Assembly: GCF_009914755.1 (NCBI RefSeq)
Contig: NC_060925.1
DNA length: 64,000 bases
Origin: the human T2T-CHM13v2.0 reference genome, Homo sapiens
Direction: 5' to 3' (one strand)
The notes beneath the pieces were generated by a model that was given only the letters and a program-made list of their open reading frames with translations, had not been told where the DNA came from and did not search any database. How positions within the stretch are numbered: position 1 is the stretch's first letter; each line of letters opens with the position of its first letter. The position numbers and the translations under genes are program-made. Shown here one piece after another: positions 1 through 13,690 of this stretch.

Positions 1-151
1 ATATAAGATAAACATTAAAGCCTGTACATAAATAAGAAGCAGGTAGAAGATATAATAGAAGAGAAAATTCCATTAATGCTTTCATAAAAATGAGTAAAAT
101 CCTGAGGGATAAACTTACAAGAAATGTGTGAAGCTGACATGAAGGAAGTTA

Positions 152-757
152 CAGTAGTCCTCGCTTATGCATGGAAACTACATTCCAACAACCCCAGTGG
201 ATGTCTGAAACTGCAGATAGTACTAAACCCTACATGTACTATGCACAGATTTCTTTTTTCTTCTATGTAAGATTTCTTTTTCCTCTTCATGATTTCATGG
301 ATAGAAGTTTTAGATGTGGTATTCAATATTTTTCTTGCCTTAAGTCAAAGATTTCAGCTTTTCACTTAAAAACAACACTTTCTGGATTCTCCTTTTGGCA
401 TCTCTGAATTGCCAATATCATTACTTTTTTGCTTTGAGGCAGTTATTAAATCAAATAAAGGTTACTTGAACACACAGGTATCGCGATATCATAACAACTG
501 ATTTGATAACCAAGATGGCTACTATGTGACTCCTTGGCAGGTAGTGTAGACAGTGTGGATATGCTGGAAACGGGCTGATTCACATCCCAGGCAAGATGGT
601 GTGTAACGGCATCACACTATTCAGAACAACACACAATTTAAATTAAATTTATGAATTGTTTATTTCTGGAATTTTTTATTTAATATTTTTAGATTACAAT
701 TGACCTTGGGTAACTGAAGCCACGGAAAGCAAAACGGTGGATAAGGGGCAACTACTG
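152..757 (-). mobile_element. MER44 (Tigger7-derived, TcMar-Tigger) non-autonomous DNA transposon
   Basis: TIRs CAGTAGTCCTCGCTTAT and, reverse-complemented, CAGTAGTTGCCCCTTAT. TA target duplication at 150-151 and 758-759. Confidence 0.88.
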
Positions 758-923
758 TATAAAACACTTCTGAAAAACCAAAAGTAGACATGAACAAATG
801 GAAGTACACCTCAACATCATCAATTGTATCAGCTGTCCCAAAGTTATTTATAAATTAAATATATTCCTAATAAAATACCAAGGAGCTTTTTCCCTGAGCT
901 AGGCAAGGTGATAACAAAATTCA

Positions 924-1247
<324 letters not shown>

Positions 1248-1343
1248 AGACCAAAAGGGAAAGCCAGAAAAAATATTTTTTAAAGAGATATAAGAAAGTA
1301 CTAACCATACCAGATATTAGAACATACTAAAAAACCTCTTTAA

Positions 1344-1543
1344 CAGCATTATCCAGTGGACCTTTTGTGATGATGGAACTTTTTGTATCTGCACTGTCCA
1401 ATAAAATAGCCACATGTGGCTAAATGAACACTTAAAATATACCTAGTGCAACTAAACAACTGAAGTTTTAATTTTATTTCATTATAATAAATTTAAATTT
1501 CAGTAACCACATGTGGCTAAGACCTACTATATTAAATAAGCAT
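1344..1543. mobile_element. MER3 (hAT-Charlie MITE)
   Basis: tgatgatggaac...tgcactgtccaata...agccacatgtggcta present twice, typical of MER3. Confidence 0.8.
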
Positions 1544-1850
1544 AACTTTGCAATTAAGTATGGAATTGATGCAAGAATAAGCAGACCAGTTAAGTAGAAT
1601 ATTAGGTCTAAAACTAGATTCTCTCTCACACACACACACCTATAAAAAATTCATTCACACTATAAACAAAATCTTCCCATGTGCCAGATATGCTGGAAGT
1701 AATTAGGACAGAAAAGTGGATAAGAACTAATAAATTCACAATCCATGATGAACAATGATGGAAAATAACGGAGGGTGTTATAAGTGCTCACGAGAAGTCA
1801 CTGATTCCTCCCTGCTGCTCTATATACTTTACCCAGACTCACCAATTTCA

Positions 1851-1944
1851 ACATATACACACACACACACACGTACATATACATATGTACACATACACAT
1901 ACATATGTACATGTATATGTGTGTGTGTGTATATATATACATGC
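1851..1944. repeat. Compound CA/TA/TG alternating purine-pyrimidine tract
   Basis: 94 nt of uninterrupted R/Y alternation, read directly. Confidence 0.9.
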
Positions 1945-3269
1945 TATGTAAAAGATGTTATCAATGGGACAAAGAAGACCTCCTTAATAAATGGTGCTGG
2001 AACAACTAGGTAATCATTTAGTAAAAGATAAAACTAGATGTATTCCTTGCACCATTACCAAGAATAAACTACAAATGTTACCAGCAATCTAAATGTAATA
2101 AATGAAATCATGCAAGTACTAAAAGGAAACACGAGTGAATTCTTCCTTATTAACCTTGATATAGAGCCAAACTTTATAACTATGCTCCCCAAATCTAGAT
2201 GCAATAAAAGGAAAGATTGATAAATTTAACTATATAAAAAAAAATTAAAAAGCTTTTGAATGGCAAAACAAATTGAACAAACAAAAAATTACCATAAGTA
2301 AACTCAAAGATAAATGGAAAACAGAAAAAAATTACTGCAACAAATATGAAAGAAAAATGCTAATATTCCTAATATGTAAAAAGCTTTGAAAATTGAGAAA
2401 AAAGATTTTAAAATCCTGTTGAAAATGAGCAAAAGCATAAAGATATAGTTAACCAAGTGGTCCCTACATGTAAAGCTTATTCTACTCACAGAAGTAGAAA
2501 TGTACACTAAAGCTCGCTGAGATAACTTTTCTTATCCATCATATTGGCAAAACCTCAAAAGCATATAAATACACTACTGGCAAGATTCTTTCATATGTTG
2601 CTGAAAGGAAGGCAAAATGGCCTAACTCTTATGGAAGGGCAGATTTGGCAATATTTAACAAAACTGTGTATGTATTTATCTTTTCATGCAGCCATTCCAC
2701 TTCCTGGGATTTACCCTGAACAATATGAAAATACATGCAAGGGGTTATTCATTACCTCATTATTTGTAATTGCAAAATATTGGAAACTACCTAAATATCC
2801 AGGCATAGGAGATTGGTTAAATATACTATGTTACATGCACACAATACAATAGTATAGTATTATGTAGCTATAAAAGAAAATGAAGAAGAATTCACTGAAG
2901 CAGTAGGGAGTTACTTCCATAATATATCAAAGGAAAATAGCAAAGCATAAAAGTATATATTGTATCAATTGTACATTTTCTGAATTTGACCATTTGAGTG
3001 TGGTTATGTGAGAAATGTTCTTTGAAAATAATACACAGATTATTAAAGAGTAAAGGGAAATAATATATGCAATCTATTCACAAGTAGTTCAGGAAATGTA
3101 GGGAGAAAAAGCAAGCAAGAAAAACAAATGTAACAAAATGTTGAAATTGGTGAATTTGGGTAAAGTATATAAAGAGCAGCAGACAGGAATCAGTGACTTC
3201 TCTTGAGTACTTATACAACACTCTGTTATTTTCCATCATTTTTCACCATGAATTGTGAGTTTATTAATC

Positions 3270-3561
3270 TTTTTTTTTTTTTGAGATAAGGTCTTGCTCT
3301 ATCACCCAGGCTGGAGTGCAGTGGAGCATTCTCAGCTCACTGCAACCTCCTCCTCTGGGTTCAAGTGATTCTCGTGCCTCAGCCTCCCGAGTAGCTGTGA
3401 TTACAGGTGCACACCACCACACCTGGCTAATTTTTGTATTCTTAGCAGAGACGGAGTTTCACATGTGGGCCAGGCTGGTCTCTAACTCCTGGCCTCAAGT
3501 GATCTACCTGCCTTGGCCTCTCAAACTGTTGGGAAACAGGCGTGGGCCACTGTGCCTAGCT
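3270..3561 (-). mobile_element. Alu (S/J) with TSD
   Basis: Poly-T followed by antisense Alu body. GAGTTTATTAAT is duplicated at 3257-3268 and 3562-3573. Confidence 0.95.
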
Positions 3562-5004
3562 GAGTTTATTAATTCTTATTCACTTTTGTCCTCATTACTT
3601 CCAGCAGGATCTGGCACATGGGTAGATTTCAAGTATAGTGTGAATGAATTAATTAATGAATTTTTTAAAGAACGAGAAAAGTGATTGTATGAATTGGTTT
3701 CTCCAGGAAATGTATCTTAGAGGAGGTAAATCTTAAATGCGTTTTTAAAATTTCTAAAACTGTGTCAGGGCGGAACAGAGGGTGAATATGAGCAGAGGGA
3801 ACAACTTAAATAAGGCACAGAAACAGCTGTGAGTGCAATAGGGCTGGAGACAGTCAGGATCATTATGACAGAAACAGAGGCTTTAGAATGAAATTACTGG
3901 GAAATAAGTTTGGATAGCTGATGAAGAGAATCAGACTGTAGAGACACTTCAAATCGAGGCAGGAAGTTTGGGGAGGCACTAGAAACTCCCACTGGGCTCT
4001 TAGGAAACAAACATCCAGATAGCCACCATACATGGTTCCTCCTGATGACCTATTTGCACAGAAAAAAACAGGCCAATGATGAGGATTTTCGTCATTTCCC
4101 TGTCTTGTGTTGGTCACTGATTTTTGTCAGTGAGGCAGGCTTCCCAATGCTCAGTTATTCCTTTTGAATTTTGAGATAGGAATCTAGACAGATGGCACCT
4201 TAGTTTGACCTTGCCGTTATATAACCACAAGAAAAAGTTACTGTAGTTTTTTTTTTTTTTTTTAAATCTGTTACACTAACTGCATTATTTCATGCTCTGG
4301 AAGTTTTACTTTGGTGAAAAAATATGAAAAAAAAAGATTACCTTAAATAAGTTTTAACTTTAAGGTACAGAAAATGAAGAATGTCAGCTCCCATGATTAA
4401 CTATCCTAGGCATGGCTTATGCTCTATGAGGTGCCAAAACTTGATGTGAATAACATTAAATGCTTCAAGATGTGCAAGCACATATATTCTCAAATGGGCA
4501 GAAGTGATTATTGTGAACATAGGCAAACTTTAGTTGAAGGATATGCATAATTGCTTTATTACACAGGGTGTACCAGGTCTACATGTATTTATTCATTAAT
4601 TTTGTATTTTTTTCTGAAATGATCAGCATTAATTCCTAGTAACTGCATTTCTATAAGACATTCATAATATAAGAATATAACTATAATATACAGACAATAA
4701 TCAGATTGAATTTAACACTAAATGACATAGAGCAGAATGAAGAATTTTTTAGAACTTAGCAAAATGCTACCCTTTCTTCTGGCTGGCCCAGGCAGGGAAG
4801 AAAGAAGGTGACTGGAATTCAGAAAATAAAATGACAATTTCTTTTTTCATTAGATGCCTATTTGTTAGCAAAAGAAGTACTTATTTTAAGCATTATTCAA
4901 AAAACACATCCTCAAAATATTAATAAACATCTCTTTAAAAATTCCTATATATACAGTTGTCTTCATGCCAATGCATTTGCAAATTAGTTTAATTATATAG
5001 GCAC

Positions 5005-6135
5005 TCATTAACACATATTTATTATAAATCAAGAAGCTGCCAAATACTGCTTTGTGACCTGGGGATATAAACAGGGAGAAAAAAAGGCAAAGACAAAAAT
5101 CTCTGTCCTCAGGGCTTATATTCTCGTAGGGAGAGATAGACATTGAACATCATAACTAAGTCTAAAATACAGTGTGCTGAAGGTGACAAAGAGTATCAAA
5201 AAAAGTTAAGCAGGTGAGGATAGGAAGTGTTGAGTGGGTAGTGTAACCACCAAATGTGTAAGTCTTGCCTGCTGCCCAGATATAGCCTATTTATCAAGAT
5301 AGGAATTGCACAGAGAAAGAGTTTAATACACATACAGTCTGCTAAACAGGAGACTGGAGTTTTATTATGACTCAAATCAGCTGACCCAACAATCGAGTGG
5401 TTAGGGTTTTTCAAGAACAATTTGGCGGGTAAGAGGATAGGGAATGGGTGCTGCTGGTTGGTTGGAGATGCAATCATAGGGGTGTGGAAAAGAGTCATTG
5501 TGCACTGAGTCCCCTTGTGGGTGGGGGCCACAGAAGAGTCACTAGTCTGGATGGAACCATCTGGTTGTCAAAAAGGCAGAAGCCTGAAAAAACATCTTAA
5601 AAGGCCAATTTTAGGTTCTACAATAGTGATGTTATTTATAGGAGTAATTGAAGAAGTTGCGAATCTTGTGACCTCTGGAATAACAGCTGGTAATTATTTA
5701 ACTACATCTACATCTTAGCAGAATTCAGGCCCCTCTCATCCTCCTAACCTGGTGGCCTTTCATTAGTTTTACAAAGGCAGTTTAGTTTGAGGAGGGGCTA
5801 TTATTATTTAAACTATAAATTTCTCCCAAAGTTACTTGGGCCCATGCCTAGGAATGACAAAGGGCAGTTTGAAGATTAAAAGTAAGATGGAGTTGGTTAG
5901 GTTAGATCACTTTCACCATCGTAATTTCCTCACTGTTGTAATTTTTGCAAAACTGATTTCAGTAGCAATTTTAATTAAGGTTTTTGGGAAAGTCTAACTA
6001 AAAAGATATTTGAGGAAAGAGCTGAAAGATGTGAAAGAGTGAGCCATGTGGAAGAGTGGACAGGAATACAGCAAGCTCCAAGTAGCTCCTGGTGTGTCAA
6101 AGGAGCACCTAGGAGGGTAGTGTGGCTGGAACACT
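5005..6135 (-). mobile_element. L2 fragment split by the LTR8 insertion
   Basis: cattaacacatatttatt...gacaaaaatctctgtcctcagggcttatattc, resuming after 5965 with tttgaggaaagagctgaaagatgtgaaagagtgagccatg. Confidence 0.65.
5242..5961 (-). mobile_element. Solo LTR8-family (ERV1) LTR
   Basis: 720 bp with TG...CA ends and a 4-bp TSD GTAG (5238-5241 and 5962-5965). The reverse complement starts tgaaatcagttttgcaaaaatt...gatctaacctaaccaactccatctt, as in LTR8. Confidence 0.87.
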
Positions 6136-6139
6136 TACT

Positions 6140-6431
6140 AGGGACTTAGAAACAGGAGGCATGTCTCAGAAGGCCACAAAACGACATGGTGGATCCTCAT
6201 GTCATTATCCCCTAGACCCAGGACTTACTTACCACAGAAAATCTGTCTAAGGACAGGCAGCATTTATGGTAAGTATACGTTTATGATAATATCAAAGTTG
6301 TTTTGACCTAAGGACAGGATTTGCAGTAAGCATGTGAAAGTAGAAATCTAAGAGGCATTCTCAGAATTGCAGTTCATCAGAAGTCAACATGGCAGATTAG
6401 CATCCAGGATGGAGGTACTTCAACCTCCACA
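6140..6431 (-). mobile_element. Truncated LTR, LTR47-like
   Basis: Reverse complement begins tgtggaggttgaagtacctccatcctggatgctaatctgccatgttgacttctgat. Subfamily is from recall. Confidence 0.6.
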
Positions 6432-6801
6432 AACTCCATGTAAGATGAACTCAAAGTGACCCACACCAGGACATATAATGAAGCTTTAGAAAGACAAATG
6501 CAAAGAGAGAATTTTGAAAGCACCAAAAGAAAAGCAATTCATCACATAGAAGGGAACCTCAATAACATTATTGGGTTTCTCATAAGAAAATTTGGAGGCC
6601 AGGAGCCATCAGGCTGATATATTCAAAGTAGTAAAAGAAAAAAAAAAATCTGTCAACCAAGAATCCTGTATTTTGCAACACTATCCTTCAAAAATAAAGG
6701 ACTAGTTTTAAAATATCCAGATAAACACAGACCTGCCCTGCAAATGTTTAAGGGAAATGTTCAAGGGAGTCCTACAGGGTGAAATAAAAAGACACTAGAC
6801 A

Positions 6802-7094
<293 letters not shown>

Positions 7095-10000
7095 GACACT
7101 AGACAGTAATGCAAAGCCATATGAAGAAATAAAGATCTCAATAAAGGTAAATATACAGGCAATAATAAAAGCTGGTATAATATTATTGTAATGATGGTTT
7201 GCAACTCTACTTTTATTTAAGAGACATTTTTAAAAGTATTTCTCTATAACCCAATATTTTGTAACTTTGATGTGTAACCCCACATTTTGTTTTCTACATA
7301 ATTTAAGAGACTAATGTATTTAGAAAAATTCCTATTTCATATTTTTCAGCACACAATTTATAATGATGTAATTTCATGACATCAACAATTGAATGGGGTA
7401 AGAATTGAGCTATTAAAGAAGTAGAGTTTTTGTATATTATTGAAGTCAACTGGTATAAATTCAAATCAGAGTGTTACATCATTAGGATGTTAAATATAAT
7501 ATCCCTGGCAATTACAAAGAAAATAGCTATAGAATATATACAAAAGGAAACGAGAAAGAAGTTTAAACAAAAAGTCAACTAAATACAGAAGAAGGCAGCA
7601 ATGCATGAAATGGGTGACACAAAAGCTACAAAAGTTACATAGAAAACAAATAGCAAAATTCAGAAGTAAATTCTTTCTCATCAATAATTACTTTAAATAT
7701 AAATTGATTAGATTTTTCAATCAAAGGGAGATTGGCAAAATGGATTAAAAAAGAGCATGCACAATCTAACTATATGCTGTCTACAAGAGACTCACTTTAG
7801 ATCCAAAGACACACAAAAATTGAAATTGAAAGGATGGAAAAAGACATTTCATGCAAATAGTACATAGAGCAAGTATGGCTACTCTAATACCAGACAAAAT
7901 AGATTTTAAGTCAAAAAGATCACAAGAGACAAAAAGGTTATAATACAATGATAAAGGAGTCAAATTATCAAGACGATATAACAGTTTATATAATAACATA
8001 AACATTTATGCACTTAATGACAGGCCATCAAAATATATTAAGGAAAATGTGAAATAATTGAAGGGAAAAATAGACAGTTCTTCAATAATAATTGAACACT
8101 TCAATACGTCACTTTCAATAATGAATAGAACAACCAGACAAAAGTAAGAAAACAGAGAACTTAACACAATACACCAACACATCTAACAGCCATATATATA
8201 TTTTTCTCAAGTGCACTTGGGATATTTTCCAGGATATACCATATATTAGTCCACAAATTAAGTCTCAGTAAATTTTAAAAGATAGATATCATACAAAGTA
8301 TCTTCTGTGACAACACTGGGATAAAGTTAGAAATGAGTAACAGAGTAAAACTGGAAAATTCATAACTTTGTGGAAATAAAACAACATGCTCTTAAACAAC
8401 AATCGGATCAAAAAATGAAGAAAATATTTGGAGATGAATGAAAATGAAAATATACCAAAAATTATGGGATGCAGCAAAAACAGTGCTAAAGAGGAAACAT
8501 ATAGCTATAACTGGTTACATTAAAAAACAAGAAAGGTCTCAAATCATCAATCTAACTTTACAATTGAAGGAACTAGAAAAAAAAACAAACTAAACACAAA
8601 ACTACCAGATGGAAGGCAAAAAATAAAAATTAGAGCAGAGATAAAGGAAATAGAGAATAGAAACACAATAGAGAAAATTATAAGCCCCCCAATATTAGTT
8701 TCTTTGGAAAGATTAACAAAAATGACAAAACTTTAGTTGGCTGAACTAAGAAAAAGAGAAGCTACTCAAATGAAAATGAAAACATGACTACCAATTCTAC
8801 ACAAACAAGAAGGTTACAAGAGAGTATACCATGGACAATAGTATGCCAACAAATTGGATCAGTAGATGAAATTGACAAATTCCTAAAAACATAAAATCTA
8901 CCAAGACTAAATTATTAAGAAATTTAAAATCCGTTTGGACCTATAACTAGTAGGGAAACTGAATTAGTAATCAAATATCTCCCAACAAAGCGAAGCTCTG
9001 AACCTAATGGATTCACTGGTGAACTCTAACAAACATTTACAGAAGAATTAATACCAATTGTTCTTACCTTTTTCCAAAAAAGAAAAAGAAAAAGAAAAAA
9101 AGAGGAGGAGAGAAAACATCTTAATTTATTTTCTGAGGCCAGCTTTACCAGCTTTACTCTGATACTAAAGCCAGATAAAGATACTACAAGGAAAGAAAAT
9201 TACAAGCCAATATTTCTTGTGAACATTGATACTAGCACACTTAATTCAGTGACATATTAGAAGAATTATATACAATAACCAAGTGAGGTTTAATCTGGGA
9301 ATGCAAGAATGATTCAAATACAAAATCAATCAATGTAATATACCACATTAACAGAATGAACAAAAAGCACATCGTTATCCCAATTGATGCAGAATACCTT
9401 TTTACAATAAAAATACTCAACAAACTAGGAATAGAAAGAAACGACCTGACCATAATAAAAGTCATACATAAAAAGCAAACAGCAAACATTGTATTCAATG
9501 ATGAAAGACTTACAGCTGTTCTTCTAAGATCAGAAAAAAAGACAAGGATGCCCGCTCTCACTACTTCTATTCAACATAGTACTAAAAGATTTAACTAGAG
9601 CAATTAGTGAAGACAAGAGAACAAAAGACATCCAACTTGGAAAGAAAGAAGTAAAATTATTATCTCTGTTTGCATATTATATGATCTTATATGTAGAAAA
9701 TCCTAAAGATTCCATAAGAAATCTATTAGAGCTAGTAAATGAATTCAGCAAAGTAGCAGGATACAATATCAACACACAAAAATTGGTTGCATTTCTATAC
9801 ACCAATAATGAACAATCTGAAAGGAAATAACATTTAAAATTCCATTATAATAGCACTGAAAAGTCAATTTCTAAGTACTTTAGAAACTAAAGATGAAAGA
9901 CTTGTACAATAAAAACTACACAACATTGCTGAAAGAAATTAAAGATGTAAGTAAATAAAAACACATTCCATATTCATGGATCAAAAGACTTAGTATTATT

Positions 10001-10929
10001 AAAATGCCAATACTACCCAAAGTGATTTATTGATTCAATGTAATCCCTGTCAACATTCCAATAATATTTTTTGCATAAATAGAAAAATCCATTTTGAAAC
10101 TTATATGAAATCTCAAGAGATCCTAAATAGACAAAACAATCTTGAAAAAGAAAAACAGAGTTAAAGGATTCACACTTTTTGATTTCAACACTTACTACAA
10201 AGCTACAGTAATCAAAACAGTGTGGTACTGGCATAAGGACAGACATGTAATTGAATGGAATAAAGAGCACAGAAATAAACCTTCACATATATGGCCAAAT
10301 GATTTTTGACAAGGGTGGCAAGAACTTTTAATGGGAAAAGGACAGTCTCTTCAACAAATAGTTATGAGAAAACTGGGTAAACACATGCCAAAGAAGGAAG
10401 CTGGGCCCTTATCTAATACCACATACAAAAATTAACCCAAAATGGATCAAAATTCTAAGTGTAAGACTCAAAACTATAAAACTTTTAGAGGAAAACCTAG
10501 GGCAAAATCTTTACAACAATGAATTAGGCAATGACTTCTTGGATATGACACCAAAGTTACAGTCAACAAAAGAAAAAATGGACAAATTGGATTTCATGAA
10601 AATTTTTAAAATTTGTGCAACAAAAGACAATATCAACAAAGTAAAAAGGCAACCCACAGAATGGAAGAAAATATTTATGATCAAATATCTTATAAAAAAT
10701 TAATGTTTGGAATGTATACAGAATTCCTAAAACTCAACAGCAAAAAAAAACAACGACAACAACAAAAAAAAACTTGATTGAAAAATGAGTAAAGGACTTG
10801 AATAGACATTTCTTCAAAAAGATGTACAAATGGCCAATAAGCATATGAAAAAATCCTCAACATCAGTAATCATTAAGGAAATGCAAATCAAAACCACAAC
10901 AAGATTACACTTTACACCCATTAGGTTGG

Positions 10930-11418
10930 TATGATGGTTAACTGTATGTGTCAACTTGACTGGACTATGAGATGCTCAAGTAGCTGGTAAAACATTACTT
11001 CTGGATACGTCATTAAGGATGTTTTTGGAAGTAATTATTAATAGTATTTGACTGAGTAAAGAAGATCCATCGTTATCATTGTAAGCAGGCATCATCCAAT
11101 CAATTGAGGGCCCAAATAGAACAAAAAGGTAGTCAAATGGGTAAATTTTCTCTCTCTCCTTGAGTTGGCACATCCTTCTTTTCCTGCTCTCACACACAGA
11201 AACTCCTGATTCTGGGAACTTCAGACTCTGAAGCTTATACCTTTGGATTCAGACTAAATTACACCACTTGCTTTCCTGGTCCTCCAGCTTTCAGATGGCA
11301 TATTGTGGCACTTCTCAGCCTCCATAATCACATGAGCCAATTTCTATGACAAATCTCCAAATTTCTGTCTCTCTCTCTCTCTCATTGGTTGTTTCTCTGG
11401 AAAATCCTTACTAATACA
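10930..11418 (+). mobile_element. MLT2 (ERVL) solo LTR nested in L1
   Basis: Starts tatgatggttaactgtatgtgtcaacttgactgg and ends tttctctggaaaatccttactaataca. L1 resumes on both sides. Confidence 0.88.
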
Positions 11419-13514
11419 GACAGCTACTATTTACAAAAACAGAGAATAACAAGTGTGGAAAACAGTATGGCATTTCCTAAAACAATTTAAAATAGAATTA
11501 TTGTATGCTCTAGCAATTCCACTTCTAGGTATATATCCAAAAAACTGAAAGCAGGGTCTTGAAGTGGTATTTATGTATCCATGTTCATATGAGCATTATC
11601 GACAATAGCTAAAACGTGTAAGCAACGCAAGTGTTTATCATGAATGAAAGGATAAGCAAAATGTGGTAATACGAATACAATGAAATACTATTCAGCCTAT
11701 AAAAAGAAAGGAAATTCTGACATATGCTAAAACATAGATGAACCCTGAGGACATTATGCTAGGTGAAATAAGCCAGTTACAAAAGACCAGTACTGTGTGA
11801 ACCCACTTATATGAGATACTGACAGTAGTCAAAATCATAGAGACAAAAAATATAATAGTCATTGCCAGAGGCTAAAGAAAGGCAGAAATGGGAAGCTTTG
11901 GCTTAATAGGTATAGAGTTTCAGTTTTACAAGATGAAAAGAGTTATGGAGATGGATGGTGGTAATGGTTGCAAATTATTAGGAATGTATTTAATACCACT
12001 ACACTGTACACTTAAAATGGTTATGATAGTAACTATTATATGTGTATTTTACTACAATAAAAAAAATTGAAAAAAAAGGGCCACTTTGAAGTTTTTCCTA
12101 GGAGATGTGTGAGAACAGTGCTTGTTAGTCTTCTGAATATTTGCACTGCTTTTGAATGTCAGCACCCTGGTCTTGACCCCAGGCACTGAATGCCCCTAGC
12201 AGTTGGACATAAATAGGTCCACAAGAACTCTTACAAAATTAGAGAATGAATAAAAAGGAAAATTAAAAAGAGAAACAAAGAAAAAAAAACAGAGAAAAGG
12301 AATATATGGAGGATACAGCAAAGAAGGAAGGGATTGTGGGAGAAAAAGAAAAGCATGGAAAATATTTTAAGTGTCACAGCAATTGCCACAGCTGCTGTTC
12401 TGTGATGCTCTTAGTCTCAGCAGCAAAAGCTTGATCAAGGGCATGCAAGAATATGGCTGTTCAAGGAAAACAGATTTCTGACTACACTGATTTGATTAGC
12501 TTGTAGATCTAGGGAACAGACCATATGGGTATATTTCAGATATAATCACTGCCATTTTTTTGGTAATAAGTGAATAAAGATAAAGTGCTTTATAGTATTA
12601 CTAAATTATCTCAGATTGCTTTAACTCCCTTTGATTGTACTGCTATTTTCAGCTAGAGATGCAGACAATGATTGAATAAAAGACCTGGATGAAATTCAAC
12701 CCAAAACTTCATTAAAATTTGATTAATCTGATCAATTTAGACAGCTAAACTAGATAATTCAAGCCTCCAAGTGGATTTTTTTGGATCAAGTAATCATACC
12801 AAAATGACTAACCCAGTTTGGCTGTCTGAATCGATCAAGCAAACCAGGTAATTGTAAAATTTCTCCCTTGTTTGCACTGGGTACATAGAGTTCAGTTTAA
12901 TTGTATGAAAGTGGCTTTATAAAATTCTAACAGAATTAAAGTAGCCATGGAATTTTCTGTGTTTGAATTATCAGCATCTTCTCTTAACAACTTATTTGGC
13001 CAGAAATGTGGTTGGAGTTGAGGGTTGAGGAGAAAGAGTGCTGGGCTGTTTATTATCATTTTGTGAGCTCTTTCAGCTTTTTTATCATAGTTCATGTCCC
13101 TGTCATGATCCTAATGTCAGGTTGCTAGGTCATTACTTTTTTTCCTCCTTTTCCTGACACACATCTGGAAACCTACCAGCTATTTTCCTACCCAACAGCT
13201 GAGTATGTCTATTTAGAAAGCCAGAACCAAGCAGAAATTCTGAGTAACTGCCCTTCTCCCTATTCTTGACATTTATCTTCCTCCCCTCTTCCAGTATAAA
13301 CCATGGACTCCCCAACCTGGCCCTGCTTGGAATTAATACAAAGGCAAGCCAACAGGGCAATATAGACAGCATCAGGAACAATAATGTCTCCACACATCTG
13401 GCTACATTCCATTCTCTCCTACTACTGCCTCTTTTCTATGTACACACTTCTAATTCCTATCTCACATCCCTTGTATACCCCAATCACATTGGTTTCCTTT
13501 TCTCTGTTTTACAA

Positions 13515-13690
13515 ATAGTTGCCTTACTACTACTAACAGCTAATGGAATCAGAGCTTAATAAGTGTCAGTCGCTGTTTTAGCCAATTTGTATACATTGGC
13601 TCATTTGATCCTTATTTAAGCACTGTGCACTGGATGCTAATATTGGTCACACTATTAGCATCTGGTAGCCTGGCTGCAGAGCCTGTGATC
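13515..13690 (-). mobile_element. MIR fragment
   Basis: aacagctaat...gagcttaataagtgtcag...ctcatttgatcct. Confidence 0.55.

Noticed and set aside
3316-3684. Alu-derived ORFs (also 844, 6828, 23106, 31104, 34457, 42631 and 51877)
   Set aside because: Typical Alu translation strings (e.g. LQPPP, SASRVAG, PKVLG) with no independent evidence of coding.
9356-9598. 80-aa ORF with RT-like sequence
   Set aside because: A fragment of degenerate L1 ORF2, surrounded by stops and frameshifts, with the catalytic motif lost.
12480-12720. Possible CR1/L3 remnant
   Set aside because: Only a short, faint resemblance. It cannot be supported without an HMM search.
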